Of a DNA stretch of 42,992 nt, positions 34,796 through 42,992 are shown one piece after another (the first letter of the stretch is position 1; every line of letters begins with the position of its first letter). Position numbers and translations under genes: made by a program. The notes beneath the pieces are model-generated. The model searched no databases, was not told the origin of the DNA, and saw nothing but the letters and a program-made list of their open reading frames with translations. Source of the stretch: a virus (Duplodnaviria > Caudoviricetes); the IMG/VR virus record IMGVR_UViG_3300022181_000118, positions 1 through 42,992 of that record. One strand, given 5' to 3'.

Positions 34796-37700
34796 ATGGC
34801 AACAATAATACAACAACCAGATCAATATAGTTTCGCAGGCAATTTGAAAAACATTGTCGTGACTACTGAAGCAAGAATCACTTTCAAGTTGAAATATGGT
34901 TCTGAAGTCTTGATTGAGTCTTCATATGATCCAGATCTAAATGATAAGGTAGAGATAGATATTAAAAAAATCATTCAGGATACCTTAACATCATCAATAC
35001 CTGTCACTAGTTCTATTGCTGTTAAGGACTTTCCTTCTTTCAGCTTCTCTGTAGATCAAGGCGCTGAGTTCGTATTTTATGCTTTTGAGGGTGGGGTTGA
35101 TGCGATTATTGCATCTACTTGGTTCGCCGGCAATTTCCTCACTTGGCAGCCTCAGACATCATATGTCACCTGGAATCAACCTCAATTTTTAAGCTATATT
35201 GCCCTTGCAGCTTGCAATCTAAAAGTAAAGGGATACTTTGCGGATGGAACAAATCAGACAATATTATTTGGAGCGCTAGCAGCAAACAAAGTCAATACAG
35301 CAAACCTTCAATATTCCTCCATTCCGGCAAAATTTTCTGATAAGCAACCTACTTATATAGATGTGTGGACTGAAAATGAATCCGGGCAGAGGCTATCATA
35401 TATTCAAAGATTTGTATTGAAAAATACTACTTCAGATGATAATTGTTTTCTATTTAAAAACTCTCTTGGAGGTTGGGATTCAGTTATTTTTACAGGTACT
35501 ATAAAGAATGAGGCATCATCGGATGTAAAGACATTTTCCCAGGAAGACACAACCAATGAGTACCAGGTAGATCTTGCTGAAAAGTATTCAAAGAATACAG
35601 GCTATTTCATCAGTGACAAACATAGAATTTGGATTGCTGAATTCTTTAAAACAAGTGAGAGATACTTTCTCTCTCACAGAGGATATTTTGAAAAGCTTAC
35701 AGTGTTGTCTTCAACTATTAATTCGCAGAAAAGCAATCCGAGCTCGTATAACTTTACCTTCAGTTTATCTCTGTCAACAAAATATCTCAATCTTCCGAGG
35801 GTCGAGGCCCCTGAAGCACCACTTGAAATTGTAGATCCTGCCGGTGAACTTTTTTTTTTAGCCCCCCGTCTCTCTGAGTTTCCTTCAGCTGAGTTCGTAG
35901 ATGAGTTTATCCTGCCGGTGCAGTCTCCGTATCTTCAGGAATGGAAGAAAATTAGTCTAGGGGTTGTCAAGGGAGCAATCCTGGATTATATAAGATCTCA
36001 GTCACCAGGTATTCCACAATCCCTCCTTGACTTGAGTGATATTGATCCATCATTAGCAACTGCAAATGTGGGAGTGTCGCTTGTTAAGCTTGCAACAGGC
36101 AAATGGGGCCCAGGATCTGTATCAATTGACTTATCAAACTATTTTAATAAGAGTGAATCAGATGAGAGATATGCTTTTAAATCTCACTCTCATGACTATG
36201 TCCCTACTGCTACATTTAATTCCCATGCCGGTGACTCTATAAAACACACTACTCAGGAAGAGAAAGCAAAGATCAATGAAGCCTATAATGACAAGCATAC
36301 TCATAACAACAAGGCCAATCTTGATAGTATTAATCAGAACCTATCTCAGACATCTAATGTTAAGTTCAATGATATCATCGCAGATGGTTCTATTGCCTTT
36401 TACGGTGGTGTCGGGAGCGGTTCCACTCCGGTGGCATCCCTGCTAGACCTGTCAGACATTGATGCCTCAATTTCCGCAGCAGCAACCGGTACTCCTCTTG
36501 TGAAACTTGCATCCGGCAAGTGGGGCCCAGGATCTGTATCAATTGACTTATCAAACTATTTTAATAAGAGTGAATCAGATGATAGATATGCTTTCAAATC
36601 TCATTCACATGATTATGTCCCTATCGCTACATTTAATTCACATACTGCCGATTCTGAAAAGCATATTACTTCCGGAGAAAGAACAGCATGGAACGCCAAG
36701 GAACCGAGTCTGAGTAATCCTGATACAGACGGAAAGATTCTTGCCTCTACTGCAGGCGGTGTCCGTTCATGGGTAAACAGGTATGTTCTTCCTATTGCAG
36801 CTGCAGCAATGTTAGGCGGAGTGATGATAGGGGCAAACGTCAATGTTGATGCGCAGGGCCGAATCTCTGTCGCTGCACCTTACTCGCACCCTGCCACTCA
36901 CCCGGCATCAATGATTGATGAGTCCGCCACACGCAGATTTTTGACCGATGCCGAGAGGGCAAATTGGAATGACTCTTACGACAAAAGGCACACCCACGGA
37001 AATAAGGCCAACCTTGACAGCATAAATCAGAACCTTTCGCAGACATCAAATGTCAAGTTTAATGATGTGATTGCTGACGGCTCAGTTGGCTTCTACGGCG
37101 GAGTCGGGAGCGGTTCCACACCAGTGGCATCGTTGCTTGACCTGTCAGACATTGATGCCTCAATCTCTGGAGCAGCAACCGGTACTCCTCTTGTAAAACT
37201 TGCAACTGGTAAGTGGGGAGCCGGTTCTGTATCAATTGACTTATCAAACTATTTTAATAAGAGTGAATCAGATGAGAGATATGCTTTTAAATCTCACTCT
37301 CATGACTATGTCCCTACTGCTACATTTAATGGGCACACTCACGCATCTTTTTATAACACTTCATATTACGGTGGTAACGTTAATGATTTAATTCAGGACT
37401 ATAGATTAGTCTACACGCACTGTGTTATATCATCAAGTACCAACTTATTTCCTATCTCTAATAATGCTAATGCGATTTTATCAATAGCGACACATGGAGG
37501 AGGTTATAATCATCAATTAGGGTTTTCTTCTAACGGAAATATATATTCAAGACGTTTTTCTGCCGGAACGCCAGGAAGTTGGAAGACACTATTAGATTCA
37601 GAGAATTTCTCCTCTTATGCACTACCATTGTCGGGAGGGACCATAAATGGTAATGTTGTCAGTCCATTGATTATATCCTCAACGGCTTCTGATAACTACC

Positions 37701-38794
37701 TCACATTTGCAATCGGGGGTTATTCTAAGAGTTATTTTGGATGGTATTCTTTTCTAGGAACCTTTCTACAAAATAATCAAGGTAATCAGGCAACTATTGG
37801 AATTCTTGATGACAATACACCATATTATTCGCCAAACGCTGGATTTTCAAAATATACCTTAGTTCATGCAGGTAATATTGGTTCACAGTCTGTAAATTAT
37901 GCTGTAAGCGCAGGTAATGCTGCAAAATTAAAATCGTCAGATACGGATGGAGTCGTTGATTTAAACACCTTTCTTTCAGGAGGTGGGTCGTGGTGGAATT
38001 ATGGACAAGGAGCAATTATATCTAATCAGCCGAGTTGGTTTCAGTATGGCTCAGTATATCAGTTGAATTCTGCATATGATTCTCTAGCCCTTCAAATCGC
38101 AACCACTACTTTACATAATACCACGACTCCAACCTATAAGATTGGTTGGCGAATGTCTAATAATCTAGGGTTTCAGAATGATTGGAAAGAGATTTACCAT
38201 TCAGGCAACCTCACTCAAAATTTAGCGAGCGGCTATCTCACTTATTGGGATGGGAGTAGTTTAGCTAATAGTCCAATAAAAACAGATGGAACAAATATAA
38301 ATATAGTAAGAACTGTTTATGCAACAGGGGCACTCGTTTCAAATATAGAGACATATTCAACATACCCATCAAGTTATCTAATCTCTGCAATCCGAACTTA
38401 CAATAAAGATGAATTTTGGCAAGGAGAGTTGGCATTCTTTACTACAACTTATGGTTATGCAAACAGTCTCTCGGAAGCAATGCGTATTCACTATGGGCAA
38501 AATGTTTCAATAGGTTATACTACAGATTTAGGCTATAAACTTGCCGTTAATGGCTCAACATATTATAATGGGCCATCTACTATCAACGGTTCCCTAGCTA
38601 TTGCGGGAGCATTTACCGGCGCAACCACAATGGTCGCCTCTTCATACATCCAGGCAGCCTACTACAAACTCGGCACATGGGAAATCAAGCAAAACGCTTC
38701 CGAAGAGCTTGAATTCATCCTTTCCGGCTCGCTAAAATTCAAAATAACATCAGCAGGAATTGTCAGCTCTGGTGGAGTGGCATTCTACTCATAA
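34796..38794 (+). CDS. Tail structural domain fused to a repeat-rich tail fibre / receptor-binding protein
   Basis: ATG 34796 preferred; HxH motifs, LGGVMIG, ALPLSGGT, WKEIYHSGN fibre motifs; internal repeats. Confidence 0.8.
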   Translation: MATIIQQPDQYSFAGNLKNIVVTTEARITFKLKYGSEVLIESSYDPDLNDKVEIDIKKIIQDTLTSSIPVTSSIAVKDFPSFSFSVDQGAEFVFYAFEGGVDAIIASTWFAGNFLTWQPQTSYVTWNQPQFLSYIALAACNLKVKGYFADGTNQTILFGALAANKVNTANLQYSSIPAKFSDKQPTYIDVWTENESGQRLSYIQRFVLKNTTSDDNCFLFKNSLGGWDSVIFTGTIKNEASSDVKTFSQEDTTNEYQVDLAEKYSKNTGYFISDKHRIWIAEFFKTSERYFLSHRGYFEKLTVLSSTINSQKSNPSSYNFTFSLSLSTKYLNLPRVEAPEAPLEIVDPAGELFFLAPRLSEFPSAEFVDEFILPVQSPYLQEWKKISLGVVKGAILDYIRSQSPGIPQSLLDLSDIDPSLATANVGVSLVKLATGKWGPGSVSIDLSNYFNKSESDERYAFKSHSHDYVPTATFNSHAGDSIKHTTQEEKAKINEAYNDKHTHNNKANLDSINQNLSQTSNVKFNDIIADGSIAFYGGVGSGSTPVASLLDLSDIDASISAAATGTPLVKLASGKWGPGSVSIDLSNYFNKSESDDRYAFKSHSHDYVPIATFNSHTADSEKHITSGERTAWNAKEPSLSNPDTDGKILASTAGGVRSWVNRYVLPIAAAAMLGGVMIGANVNVDAQGRISVAAPYSHPATHPASMIDESATRRFLTDAERANWNDSYDKRHTHGNKANLDSINQNLSQTSNVKFNDVIADGSVGFYGGVGSGSTPVASLLDLSDIDASISGAATGTPLVKLATGKWGAGSVSIDLSNYFNKSESDERYAFKSHSHDYVPTATFNGHTHASFYNTSYYGGNVNDLIQDYRLVYTHCVISSSTNLFPISNNANAILSIATHGGGYNHQLGFSSNGNIYSRRFSAGTPGSWKTLLDSENFSSYALPLSGGTINGNVVSPLIISSTASDNYLTFAIGGYSKSYFGWYSFLGTFLQNNQGNQATIGILDDNTPYYSPNAGFSKYTLVHAGNIGSQSVNYAVSAGNAAKLKSSDTDGVVDLNTFLSGGGSWWNYGQGAIISNQPSWFQYGSVYQLNSAYDSLALQIATTTLHNTTTPTYKIGWRMSNNLGFQNDWKEIYHSGNLTQNLASGYLTYWDGSSLANSPIKTDGTNINIVRTVYATGALVSNIETYSTYPSSYLISAIRTYNKDEFWQGELAFFTTTYGYANSLSEAMRIHYGQNVSIGYTTDLGYKLAVNGSTYYNGPSTINGSLAIAGAFTGATTMVASSYIQAAYYKLGTWEIKQNASEELEFILSGSLKFKITSAGIVSSGGVAFYS
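36020..37330 (+). repeat. Intragenic fibre repeats: module A x3 (36020-36220, 36437-36637, 37130-37330) and module B x2 (36308-36436, 37001-37129)
   Basis: Repeated SLLDLSDID..KWG.GSVSIDLSNYFNKSESD and NKANLDSINQNLSQTSNVKFND; 36116-36220 is identical to 37226-37330. Confidence 0.9.
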
Positions 38795-38806
38795 TATTAT
38801 TAAGAC

Positions 38807-39955
38807 ATGGCAGTACACGAAGTTATAACAGATAAGTATGTAGAGCTTGAAGCATATTGTGGATTCACTCCGGCACAGATTGTAGAAAGAGCAACACAGG
38901 TGGGCGGGTATCCGAAGTATGACCACTCTTCTTCATATAATAAAGTAAGAGCTTCACGAGGTAGTCTTCCTCTTATACAGTCAATGATTGGTTACTCACC
39001 CAACGATGCCGGAAGATTATTTAGGCAGCGAGTAGGAGGCAACCCGTCAGCTGCATGGAGCGAGTCGGAAAGTGCGTTTGACGAAACAACCGGAGTGCTC
39101 AAATCTGGGGAGTTCCCTCGCTGGAATATCTGGTCCGGGTTTTCTCCTGGCGAGTGGATCCGCTCCGGAATCAATTTGATTTTCCGATTTCCGCGCAGTG
39201 CCGGTTTGGTAACTAACCCATTAAAGGACTATATCATTTTTGCTGATAGATTTTTTGGGTACAACCATCAGGCGGTTAAGCCTGAACTTATCATTGACGG
39301 TCCCATTCCGCTTGGGTATGAAAATTCGGGCTATTATAATGTTCAGTGCGGCATTGAACTAGGTGAGCTCAAGTGGCAACAGATAACCGGTTATAGCGAG
39401 TGTTGGGCATTTATCAAAGAGGTAAAACTTGGAGCAACGAAAGTTAATATAGATGATACATCATCAATAGGGACCGTACTCTGGGGCGGTGATATAAATT
39501 TTATCATCAATAAATCTCTCCTGCAGATCGGGAACAACGTAGTTGATATAACAGTGGCAATTGCAGACACATTTGCCAGGAATAACTCTCAGCAATATGC
39601 GATATTTAATAAGCAGATTACCCTCATTGTGCTTAAGAAGCCATACTTCACTAATGCAATAGAGCAGGTTGATGTGATGTTTGAGGAGCTTGCACTTAAT
39701 AATACGATCGGCAATATTGCGGGTAACCCTCCATACTCATACGCGACACTTTCAATTGACTTTACTGTTCAGTTTTCAACGCAACAGTATGTTAATGTAT
39801 TCCTCAATAGTCCTCACGGGCAGGTTGCACTATGGAGCTGGTATGACATCAACTCAGGCAACGTTAATACCCCAATCCGTTTCCAGCAGAGCCTTAACTG
39901 TCCGTGGTCGCTCAATGATGGAGACGCACTATATATAAGCATTCAAGAAGTTTAA
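38807..39955 (+). CDS. Hypothetical tail-associated protein (candidate receptor-binding accessory)
   Basis: 382 aa, beta-rich, after the fibre; N.WS and F.GYNH.A motifs. Confidence 0.6.
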   Translation: MAVHEVITDKYVELEAYCGFTPAQIVERATQVGGYPKYDHSSSYNKVRASRGSLPLIQSMIGYSPNDAGRLFRQRVGGNPSAAWSESESAFDETTGVLKSGEFPRWNIWSGFSPGEWIRSGINLIFRFPRSAGLVTNPLKDYIIFADRFFGYNHQAVKPELIIDGPIPLGYENSGYYNVQCGIELGELKWQQITGYSECWAFIKEVKLGATKVNIDDTSSIGTVLWGGDINFIINKSLLQIGNNVVDITVAIADTFARNNSQQYAIFNKQITLIVLKKPYFTNAIEQVDVMFEELALNNTIGNIAGNPPYSYATLSIDFTVQFSTQQYVNVFLNSPHGQVALWSWYDINSGNVNTPIRFQQSLNCPWSLNDGDALYISIQEV

Positions 39956-39971
39956 TTTAAAATATTAAGAC

Positions 39972-40121
39972 ATGGTTAAGTATTTAATTATCGCACTCAC
40001 AGCAATCGGAATAGGATATCTGGTTGCAAAGCGCAAAAGAGCTCCAAAACGCACTACAAAGCCGGGCGGAGCAGACGAACCTGTAAAAGGCCCAAAGCGT
40101 CCTATTGATTACGAATCTTAA
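39972..40121 (+). CDS. Small membrane-anchored protein (49 aa, absent from the ORF track)
   Basis: MVKYLIIALTAIGIGYLVAKRKRAPK...; fills the gap; same start context as 38807. Confidence 0.6.
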   Translation: MVKYLIIALTAIGIGYLVAKRKRAPKRTTKPGGADEPVKGPKRPIDYES

Positions 40122-40136
40122 AAATTATAAGTAGTT

Positions 40137-40472
40137 ATGACACAAGAAAAACTAAACATTGCCGAGGGTATTGAAGTAGCAAAAGCTACAATAAACCTCA
40201 ATTTAAGCGACATGTCTCTTTTCGTAAGAGGCATACAGAACTTTACACTTGCATCAGGCAAAGTGGTACAACCGGCACAGAATGACGTAGAAGTATCTGC
40301 AATACGCCTGAAAGACATGATTATGCAGCTTGAGAATGCCTCTGCCGAGAAAAAAACAATCCTTGAGGCTAAGATCGCTGCTGCAGAAGCTTGTATTAAT
40401 GCAATCGCATCAGCTGTACAGTCGTATATGCAGACAGAGTTTAACCTTAATAATCCGGAGGAGGAAGTGTAA
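40137..40472 (+). CDS. Hypothetical protein
   Basis: 111 aa in operon. Confidence 0.65.
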   Translation: MTQEKLNIAEGIEVAKATINLNLSDMSLFVRGIQNFTLASGKVVQPAQNDVEVSAIRLKDMIMQLENASAEKKTILEAKIAAAEACINAIASAVQSYMQTEFNLNNPEEEV

Positions 40473-40473
40473 T

Positions 40474-40896
40474 ATGGTAACGAATGAGCAATTACACAAA
40501 CTGCAGGATTTGCTTGCAAAACTTAAGACACGCGCACTCGGACTTGATGATTTTGAGTCGCTTGTTGAGCAGAAGAGGCTAGTTAAGAAACTGATTGAGG
40601 AGAATCAGGAATTTGTCAAGGAGTTGTTTGATCAGCACTCTGTCAAGCTGAATGAGGAAGATCCTCGCTTTTTTGATTCCGCCTGCAAAGAGGAAGACAC
40701 AAGAGCGGTCAATGAGAAGCTTGCTGAATTCAATAAGAAAGAGGTTGCGCTGAAGAAGTTTCTTGACAAGAAAAAACTTCAACAGCTCAAGCACGAGAAT
40801 GACCTCACTATTGAGGAGTACGAGTTGCTGACAGAAGCGTTTTTTGTTGAGACAAAAGAGAAAGAGCCGAAGGAGGCTAAGACTAAGAAAAAGTAA
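40474..40896 (+). CDS. Hypothetical charged coiled-coil protein (start revised from 40330)
   Basis: In-frame ATG 1 nt after the upstream stop. Confidence 0.65.
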   Translation: MVTNEQLHKLQDLLAKLKTRALGLDDFESLVEQKRLVKKLIEENQEFVKELFDQHSVKLNEEDPRFFDSACKEEDTRAVNEKLAEFNKKEVALKKFLDKKKLQQLKHENDLTIEEYELLTEAFFVETKEKEPKEAKTKKK

Positions 40897-40905
40897 TATA
40901 AACCG

Positions 40906-40930
40906 GTGCCTGTTAAATAAGGGCAGGCAC
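40906..40930 (+). terminator. Hairpin before the lysis cassette (weak terminator or attenuator)
   Basis: GTGCCTGTT/GGCAGGCAC stem with a poor U tract. Confidence 0.4.
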
Positions 40931-40944
40931 TTAATTCTACTGCT

Positions 40945-41394
40945 ATGGACTGGATAAACGCAATATTGCCAGGAATAATTGGGCTATTTGGAGTAGGAAT
41001 TGGGGGTACTTTTTTGAGGTATCTCATATTCCCTCGCATCACAAAAAGAACAGAACAAGCAGGGGCTGATTCATCTGTCCTTAATAATCTTGAAAAGGTA
41101 TCAGAACTACAAGGGAAAGCTCTTGTTAAAGCAACTGAAGAGAAAATGGCTCTGTCTGAAGTAAACTCGCAGCTGCTATCTGAAAATTATAACTTGAAGA
41201 GCAAACTGTCAGAGTATGATTTTGAGATATCGAATATTAAGAGGGTTCAAACTGGGCTCCAGAAGGCACAAAATGCAATTGTTTCTCAATTAAAGTATGC
41301 TCAAAACCATATTTGCCTGAATTTGCCATGTCAAGAACGAATACCAACATTAGGAACTTATAAAGAAATTGAACATGAAAAGGAAGGTGTGTGA
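40945..41394 (+). CDS. Putative holin-like protein (N-terminal TM + coiled coil)
   Basis: One TM helix; immediately upstream of the endolysin. Confidence 0.55.
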   Translation: MDWINAILPGIIGLFGVGIGGTFLRYLIFPRITKRTEQAGADSSVLNNLEKVSELQGKALVKATEEKMALSEVNSQLLSENYNLKSKLSEYDFEISNIKRVQTGLQKAQNAIVSQLKYAQNHICLNLPCQERIPTLGTYKEIEHEKEGV

Positions 41395-41800
41395 GGGTGT
41401 AATTACATCTAAGTTTGGAAATCGTATCCATCCGGTGACTGGCCAGCCGTCATCATTCCATAATGGAGTAGACATTGCTTGTCCTCGAAATACCCCTGTA
41501 TATTCCCCTGTACGGGCAAAGATTGAAAAAGTATACATGCATGAGCTTGGAGGGTTGACAGTCGTTCTCAGAGATCTGCGAAATAATGATCGATATGCTT
41601 TTTGTCACCTTAATGAAGCATGTTATAATGCTGGTCAAACAGTTGCTCAGGGAATCCAAATCGCCAAATCAGGGAACACCGGCCAGAGTACTGGCCCTCA
41701 TCTCCATTTTTCTTATGCATCCGGGGGAACATGGTCCGGAGGCATATGTTCGGGATTTACTTATTCAGATCCAACAAATAAAATTGAATTCGATGATTAG
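41375..41800 (+). CDS. M23 peptidase endolysin
   Basis: ITSKFG.R.HP, HNGVD, FCHL, STGPHLHF. Confidence 0.9.
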   Translation: MKRKVCEGVITSKFGNRIHPVTGQPSSFHNGVDIACPRNTPVYSPVRAKIEKVYMHELGGLTVVLRDLRNNDRYAFCHLNEACYNAGQTVAQGIQIAKSGNTGQSTGPHLHFSYASGGTWSGGICSGFTYSDPTNKIEFDD

Positions 41801-42290
41801 AACAGTAGTATTAAGCATTGCTCTGATAATTGTAATGCTCATCCCGTCCTGTGCACCTACAAAAAAAGTGACGAAAACAGATTTAAGCACATCTGTTGAG
41901 ACTACAATAAAAAAGATTGACACATCGAAAACTGAAGCTGCCTGGCAGAGTGTTATAAACAATGTTATTTCCCAGGTAGATCTCTCAAAAATCAAAATTG
42001 TAACCTACTATCCTACTTCTGACAGTTCCGGAAAACAAGCAATAAAAGAGGACATTACTATTGAGAAGAATATCACTACAACAACTCAAAACTCTTCGAC
42101 TGAAAATGCTACCTTAACAGAGGATAAGGGAATAAAAGAAGACAGTTCTCAAAAATTTCAAAACCGAGATATCGAAAAAGTTAACGAGAAAAAGTCAGGA
42201 ATTCCAATCAAATATTACCTCATAGGATTTATTGTATTGGCAGGAATCGGCTATCTAGCGTATAAATTATTAAGGCATCAGTTCTTTTAA
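41793..42290 (+). CDS. Putative unimolecular spanin (start revised from 41586)
   Basis: Lipoprotein signal MIRTVVLSIALIIVMLIPS-C plus a C-terminal TM helix; follows the endolysin. Confidence 0.7.
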   Translation: MIRTVVLSIALIIVMLIPSCAPTKKVTKTDLSTSVETTIKKIDTSKTEAAWQSVINNVISQVDLSKIKIVTYYPTSDSSGKQAIKEDITIEKNITTTTQNSSTENATLTEDKGIKEDSSQKFQNRDIEKVNEKKSGIPIKYYLIGFIVLAGIGYLAYKLLRHQFF

Positions 42291-42317
42291 CCACTAAATA
42301 ATTATATTTTGCTATCT

Positions 42318-42354
42318 AAGAGGGCGACTTTACTTTTTAGTCACCCTCTTTTTT
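42318..42354 (+). terminator. Intrinsic terminator ending the late operon
   Basis: AAGAGGGCGACT/AGTCACCCTCTT followed by a T tract. Confidence 0.7.
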
Positions 42355-42440
42355 ATCCATATTTCATATTAATTATTACCTCTTATCTATAAAAATTTTT
42401 ATAAAAAGTAAAAAATAATTTTTTGCTTTATAAAAAAATG

Positions 42441-42448
42441 TATATTTG
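42441..42448 (+). promoter_or_regulatory. Bacteroidota -7 box TATATTTG for the right-end cassette
   Basis: Exact TAnnTTTG match in AT-rich context. Confidence 0.55.
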
Positions 42449-42534
42449 AGCGCCTAAATTAGTCATGTAGGTTATGTGTTAAACCTAATAACCGCAACTA
42501 TTGGAACAATTTTAGCCAAATTGACCAATGACTT

Positions 42535-42573
42535 AAAAAAGAAGCCCATCCTACCTGTAACGATGGGCTTCTT
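42535..42573 (-). terminator. Strong hairpin, terminator-like on the minus strand
   Basis: AAGAAGCCCATC/GATGGGCTTCTT with A6 on the left (U tract on the minus strand). Confidence 0.6.
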
Positions 42574-42664
42574 ACTTTGTGTAGGATCCAGGAAGGCCCT
42601 GGTGAAATCACATAGGGGGTCGCTATAAACCTCAACAATAATTGTAGCATAATACTTAATTTAT

Positions 42665-42808
42665 ATGAGTAATTTAGGCAAAACGCCTCCCGATGGCTAC
42701 GTGGAGATTTTCTGTAAATTCATAAAAGCTAAGGATGGTACGATTAGGTATCCTAAAAATGCCGAATACTTTCACTTTTATGTTAAGAGCGACAAGCAAA
42801 GAGCATAA
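42665..42808 (+). CDS. Small basic protein, 47 aa (absent from the ORF track)
   Basis: MSNLGKTPPDGYVEIFCKFIKAKDGTIRYPKNAEYFHFYVKSDKQRA; AT-rich start context; terminator downstream. Confidence 0.65.
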   Translation: MSNLGKTPPDGYVEIFCKFIKAKDGTIRYPKNAEYFHFYVKSDKQRA

Positions 42809-42852
42809 TCTGACGCTTTGGCCTTAGATCTCCATTTCGGAGGGTAGTTTAT

Positions 42853-42874
42853 GGCGCTGACAGGGGCGCCTTTT
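42853..42874 (+). terminator. Intrinsic terminator after the small ORF
   Basis: GGCGC-N8-GCGCC-TTTT. Confidence 0.55.
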
Positions 42875-42992
42875 ACTATTAAAACTCCTTACTCTTCGTT
42901 TTTATCTCTTCCTGAGCTACTGCGTTCCTTTTAACGGCATAAATTGATGTATTGGAGAGAGAACAGTGATTTGCTATGAAAGTCTTTTTCAT

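Larger units (their letters stand above)
1..42992. mobile_element. Temperate prophage (Caudoviricetes, siphovirus-like), probably Bacteroidota host; exact ends not defined
   Basis: Integrase at the left end, CI/Cro switch, replication, head, packaging, tail and lysis modules; 1046-aa tape measure; no sheath recognised. Confidence 0.95.

Noticed and set aside
34796-39955. Diversity-generating retroelement targeting the fibre
   Set aside because: No reverse transcriptase ORF; the repeats are in-frame protein repeats with mostly synonymous differences, not adenine-specific TR/VR mismatches
34796-40896. Invertible tail-fibre shufflon
   Set aside because: No second recombinase near the tail genes and no inverted fibre cassettes on the minus strand
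7010-41111. Additional GTCCTT hits at 7010, 34462 and 41077
   Set aside because: Intragenic and lacking TTTG at the fixed distance, so not counted as promoters
41586-41792. 69-aa N-terminal extension of the spanin ORF
   Set aside because: Lies inside the M23 gene; the lipoprotein signal begins at ATG 41793
42389-42440. Imperfect A/T inverted repeat upstream of the right-end promoter
   Set aside because: Almost pure A/T, so symmetry is expected by chance
1-42992. CRISPR array or cas genes
   Set aside because: No regularly spaced 25-45-bp repeats with unique spacers and no Cas motifs seen
42879-42992. 37-codon minus-strand ORF starting at the window edge
   Set aside because: Short, upstream context missing, no motif; cannot be supported

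Overview
The window is an apparently near-complete (~43 kb) temperate, probably long-tailed (siphovirus-like) prophage. The host is most likely Bacteroidota, judged from TAnnTTTG promoters, AT-rich starts lacking Shine-Dalgarno sequences and a Bacteroidota-style tyrosine integrase. Gene order: integrase; AT-rich single-chain restriction-modification gene; leftward lysogeny/accessory operon (CI repressor, DEDDh-BRCT exonuclease, exported proteins, thermonuclease, DUF2188); CI/Cro switch with palindromic operators; early genes (LuxR-HTH, Xis-like, KilA-N antirepressor, tRNA-like RNA, replication initiator); S49 protease, capsid, tail tube; ParB-MTase, terminase, portal, connectors, tape measure, tail tip and repeat-rich fibre; holin, M23 endolysin, u-spanin; and a structured-leader small-ORF cassette at the right end. 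Main signals not shown by the ORF track: (1) five promoters with consensus GTCCTT-N21-nAnnTTTG and identical spacing; (2) an exact 17-bp hairpin element shared between the predicted +1 of one of these promoters and the putative origin inside rep; (3) an A_AAA_AAG -1 frameshift fusing two ORFs; (4) a non-canonical tRNA-like gene; (5) a tail-tube-like protein with a signal/TM leader, a C-terminal domain shared with the capsid, and a minimal paralogue; (6) a T10 slippage site and 105-bp identical repeats in the fibre gene. All protein family calls come from motif recognition by eye. No searches or folding programs were run, and novelty cannot be confirmed from the sequence alone.
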